From Eledone cirrhosa (lineage: Eukaryota), in the NCBI GenBank assembly GCA_964016885.1, contig OZ024747.1, forward strand, positions 6,944,001 to 7,008,000: DNA of 64,000 bases. Reading direction: 5' to 3'. The first letter of the stretch is position 1; every line of letters begins with the position of its first letter. The translations under genes and the position numbers were made by a program. Shown piece after piece: positions 62,077 to 64,000 of this stretch. Under the pieces are notes generated by a model that was not told where the DNA came from, did no database searches, and was given only the letters and a program-made list of their open reading frames with translations.

Positions 62077-62176
62077 AACATTAAATTTTGATGTTTGATA
62101 GTTGTATTTTGTTTTTGCTGTTGTTATTGTTTTCAGATCAGCTCTGATTGAGCAGTCGTATGATGAAATGCTTTAA

Positions 62177-62387
62177 CCCTTTAGCATTTAAACCGGCCAT
62201 AATTCTCTCACTTCTGTTTGTTCAAACTGGCCGTAACTGGTCACTCATACTGACGTTACGGTATTGTTCTCAAAATAAATAACATCAAAATCTCATAAAT
62301 TCGATATTATGTGAGATAATTATGTAAGATAAAGCCTTTACAATGAAAATATAATAGTATATATAGAGTAATGTAAATGTTAAAGGG
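62177..62387. mobile_element. TTAA-flanked MITE, copy 4
   Basis: TTAA|ccctttagcattta ... taaatgttaaaggg|TTAA. Confidence 0.85.
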
Positions 62388-63641
62388 TTAATTTCCCGTC
62401 TTTAATTTCAGACATTATATATATCAGGATTCACTACCAAATATTACCTTCCCTCTTGTAGTGGTTAGGGTTAGGTGTGTTGCCTAAAACAATTAAGCAA
62501 AGCATTTGGTCAACCAATTCCCCAGGGAGTTAATAGAAACCAAACTATATATATAGTATTATGTTTTCATTCTGACACAATATCCCACTCACAAGGCACT
62601 GATTTCACTACTACACTAGGGCTTGAACACAACCACAAGGATATGGTCCGAACGTGGAAGAGCCGAACTCCCACTGTAATCGCCTCCATCTCTCTCGCCT
62701 TCTCCATCTCTCCGTGTGGTGAGCAAATGGGGTCCCACGTGCTGGCCTCCCCACAGCCCCGGCGGACAGATAATCTTTACCTACTTCTCACTCTCTTTGT
62801 ATTTGATCATCGGTTTGCTTGGTTCAAACTCACCTGGATTTGAACATCAACAACCATAAGAGTTTCCAACAAAATCTTATTGAGAATGTCATATTTCCTT
62901 ATGGACGTAGGTAATTGAACAAGGAACTGTAACTTACAAATTTCTATTTCGACACAATGAAGCACAATAAACTGTTGAAATGAAGAAAGGATGTAATAAT
63001 ATTAACACTGAACGTAATTCCGTGGCGACAGAAAAAAATTGTGTACTCTTCAAACTGTCAGACTGTACTTCGAGCCTGTAGGAGAGAATAGTTTAGCTGA
63101 AGCATAGTATATAGGCAAACATCACGAGCATCCTTGAAACACATGATTGTGATATGTTTGACTGTCTTTAAACAATTAAATATAGCACTTGTTAGATAGC
63201 ACTCAATACGAGTTCAATACATGACAGAAAATAATAAAACTCAGATCATATATTAATATATATCACCGACTGGTGGTCCCGATGGTCAGAATGGAGAAGA
63301 CATTACCTCTGAGGATGGGGAGGAAGATGCACTGGAACAACCATTTCACGGGGCTCACACTTGCAGGTAACCATCCCTGCTCTGATAACAGTGAGTAGGG
63401 ATGTGGTCTGAGGGGCCAAGAACGCCGGAAATCTCCACTGCCACAGGCTTGATCGACCTCAAAACCTATCAGAGAGCGGCTGGTACTTCCCCAAGTATAT
63501 AGACGAGGGCAGAACAGCATCTGCTAAGATAAACAAATAAGACAAAACAAAAAACAAAAAAACCGTTAAACTCTCTTTTCTAGGTGTTGACAAAACAATA
63601 AAATCTCGTTTGTCCCGGCACGAATTGATTTATAGCCACTT

Positions 63642-63860
63642 CTAGTAGTGGTAGTAGTAGTAGTGGTAGTGGTAGTGGTGGTGGTAGTAGTGGTAGTAAT
63701 AGTAGTAGTGGTAATGGTTGGTGGTAGCAGTAGTGGTACTAGTAGTAGAGGTGGTAGTTGTAGCAGTAGTAGTAGTAGTGGTAGTAGTAGTAGTAGTGGT
63801 GGCACTATTTGTAGTAGTAGTAGAAGAAAACAACAACAATAACAATAACAACAACAGCAA
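63642..63860. repeat. (GTA/GTG)n and (CAA)n microsatellites
   Basis: Directly visible. Confidence 0.95.
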
Positions 63861-64000
63861 TAAACAGTTCCGCTTGGTATATTTACATTCTCAAATTAGT
63901 TAATTGTTTCTACTTTTGGCACAAGGCCAGCAATTTTGGGAGATGGAAAAGTCGATTAAATCAATCCCAGTGCATTACTGGTATTTTATTCGATAGACAA

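Noticed and set aside
61863-62081. Minus-strand 72-aa ORF with plausible AG/GT boundaries (61871-62065)
   Set aside because: It is the antisense shadow of the terminal exon of the + strand Cys-rich gene, and no partner exons were found on the minus strand.
63263-63520. GC-richer stretch with an 85-aa ORF
   Set aside because: No recognisable motif or consistent splice sites; probably an old repeat fragment.

Overview
AT-rich, repeat-dense animal genomic DNA. The SINE/RTE/MITE content and the C2H2 gene resemble a coleoid cephalopod (Octopus-like) genome; that assignment is an inference. Three spliced genes were reconstructed by hand from splice signals and reading-frame continuity. (1) The 3' part of a multi-C2H2 zinc-finger gene (+, 1-5747). 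(2) A complete 34-exon RRP12 ribosome-biogenesis gene (-, 43317-6576; 3900-nt CDS, 1299 aa) with an E-box and an ETS motif upstream. (3) A five-coding-exon gene (+, 57507-62076), only fragments of which appear in the ORF track, encoding a 239-aa Cys-rich protein with a signal peptide and a probable GPI-anchor tail. Its last intron carries a sense-strand minimal hammerhead ribozyme and a 59-nt hairpin. RRP12 introns contain duplicated or decoy 3' splice sites, six unrelated exon-adjacent minisatellites, two Helitron-like elements and a sense-oriented piggyBac-like transposase fossil. The rest is SINEs, RTE-LINE remnants, MITEs, a probable solo LTR, palindromes and satellites. All coordinates were read by eye and no searches were run.
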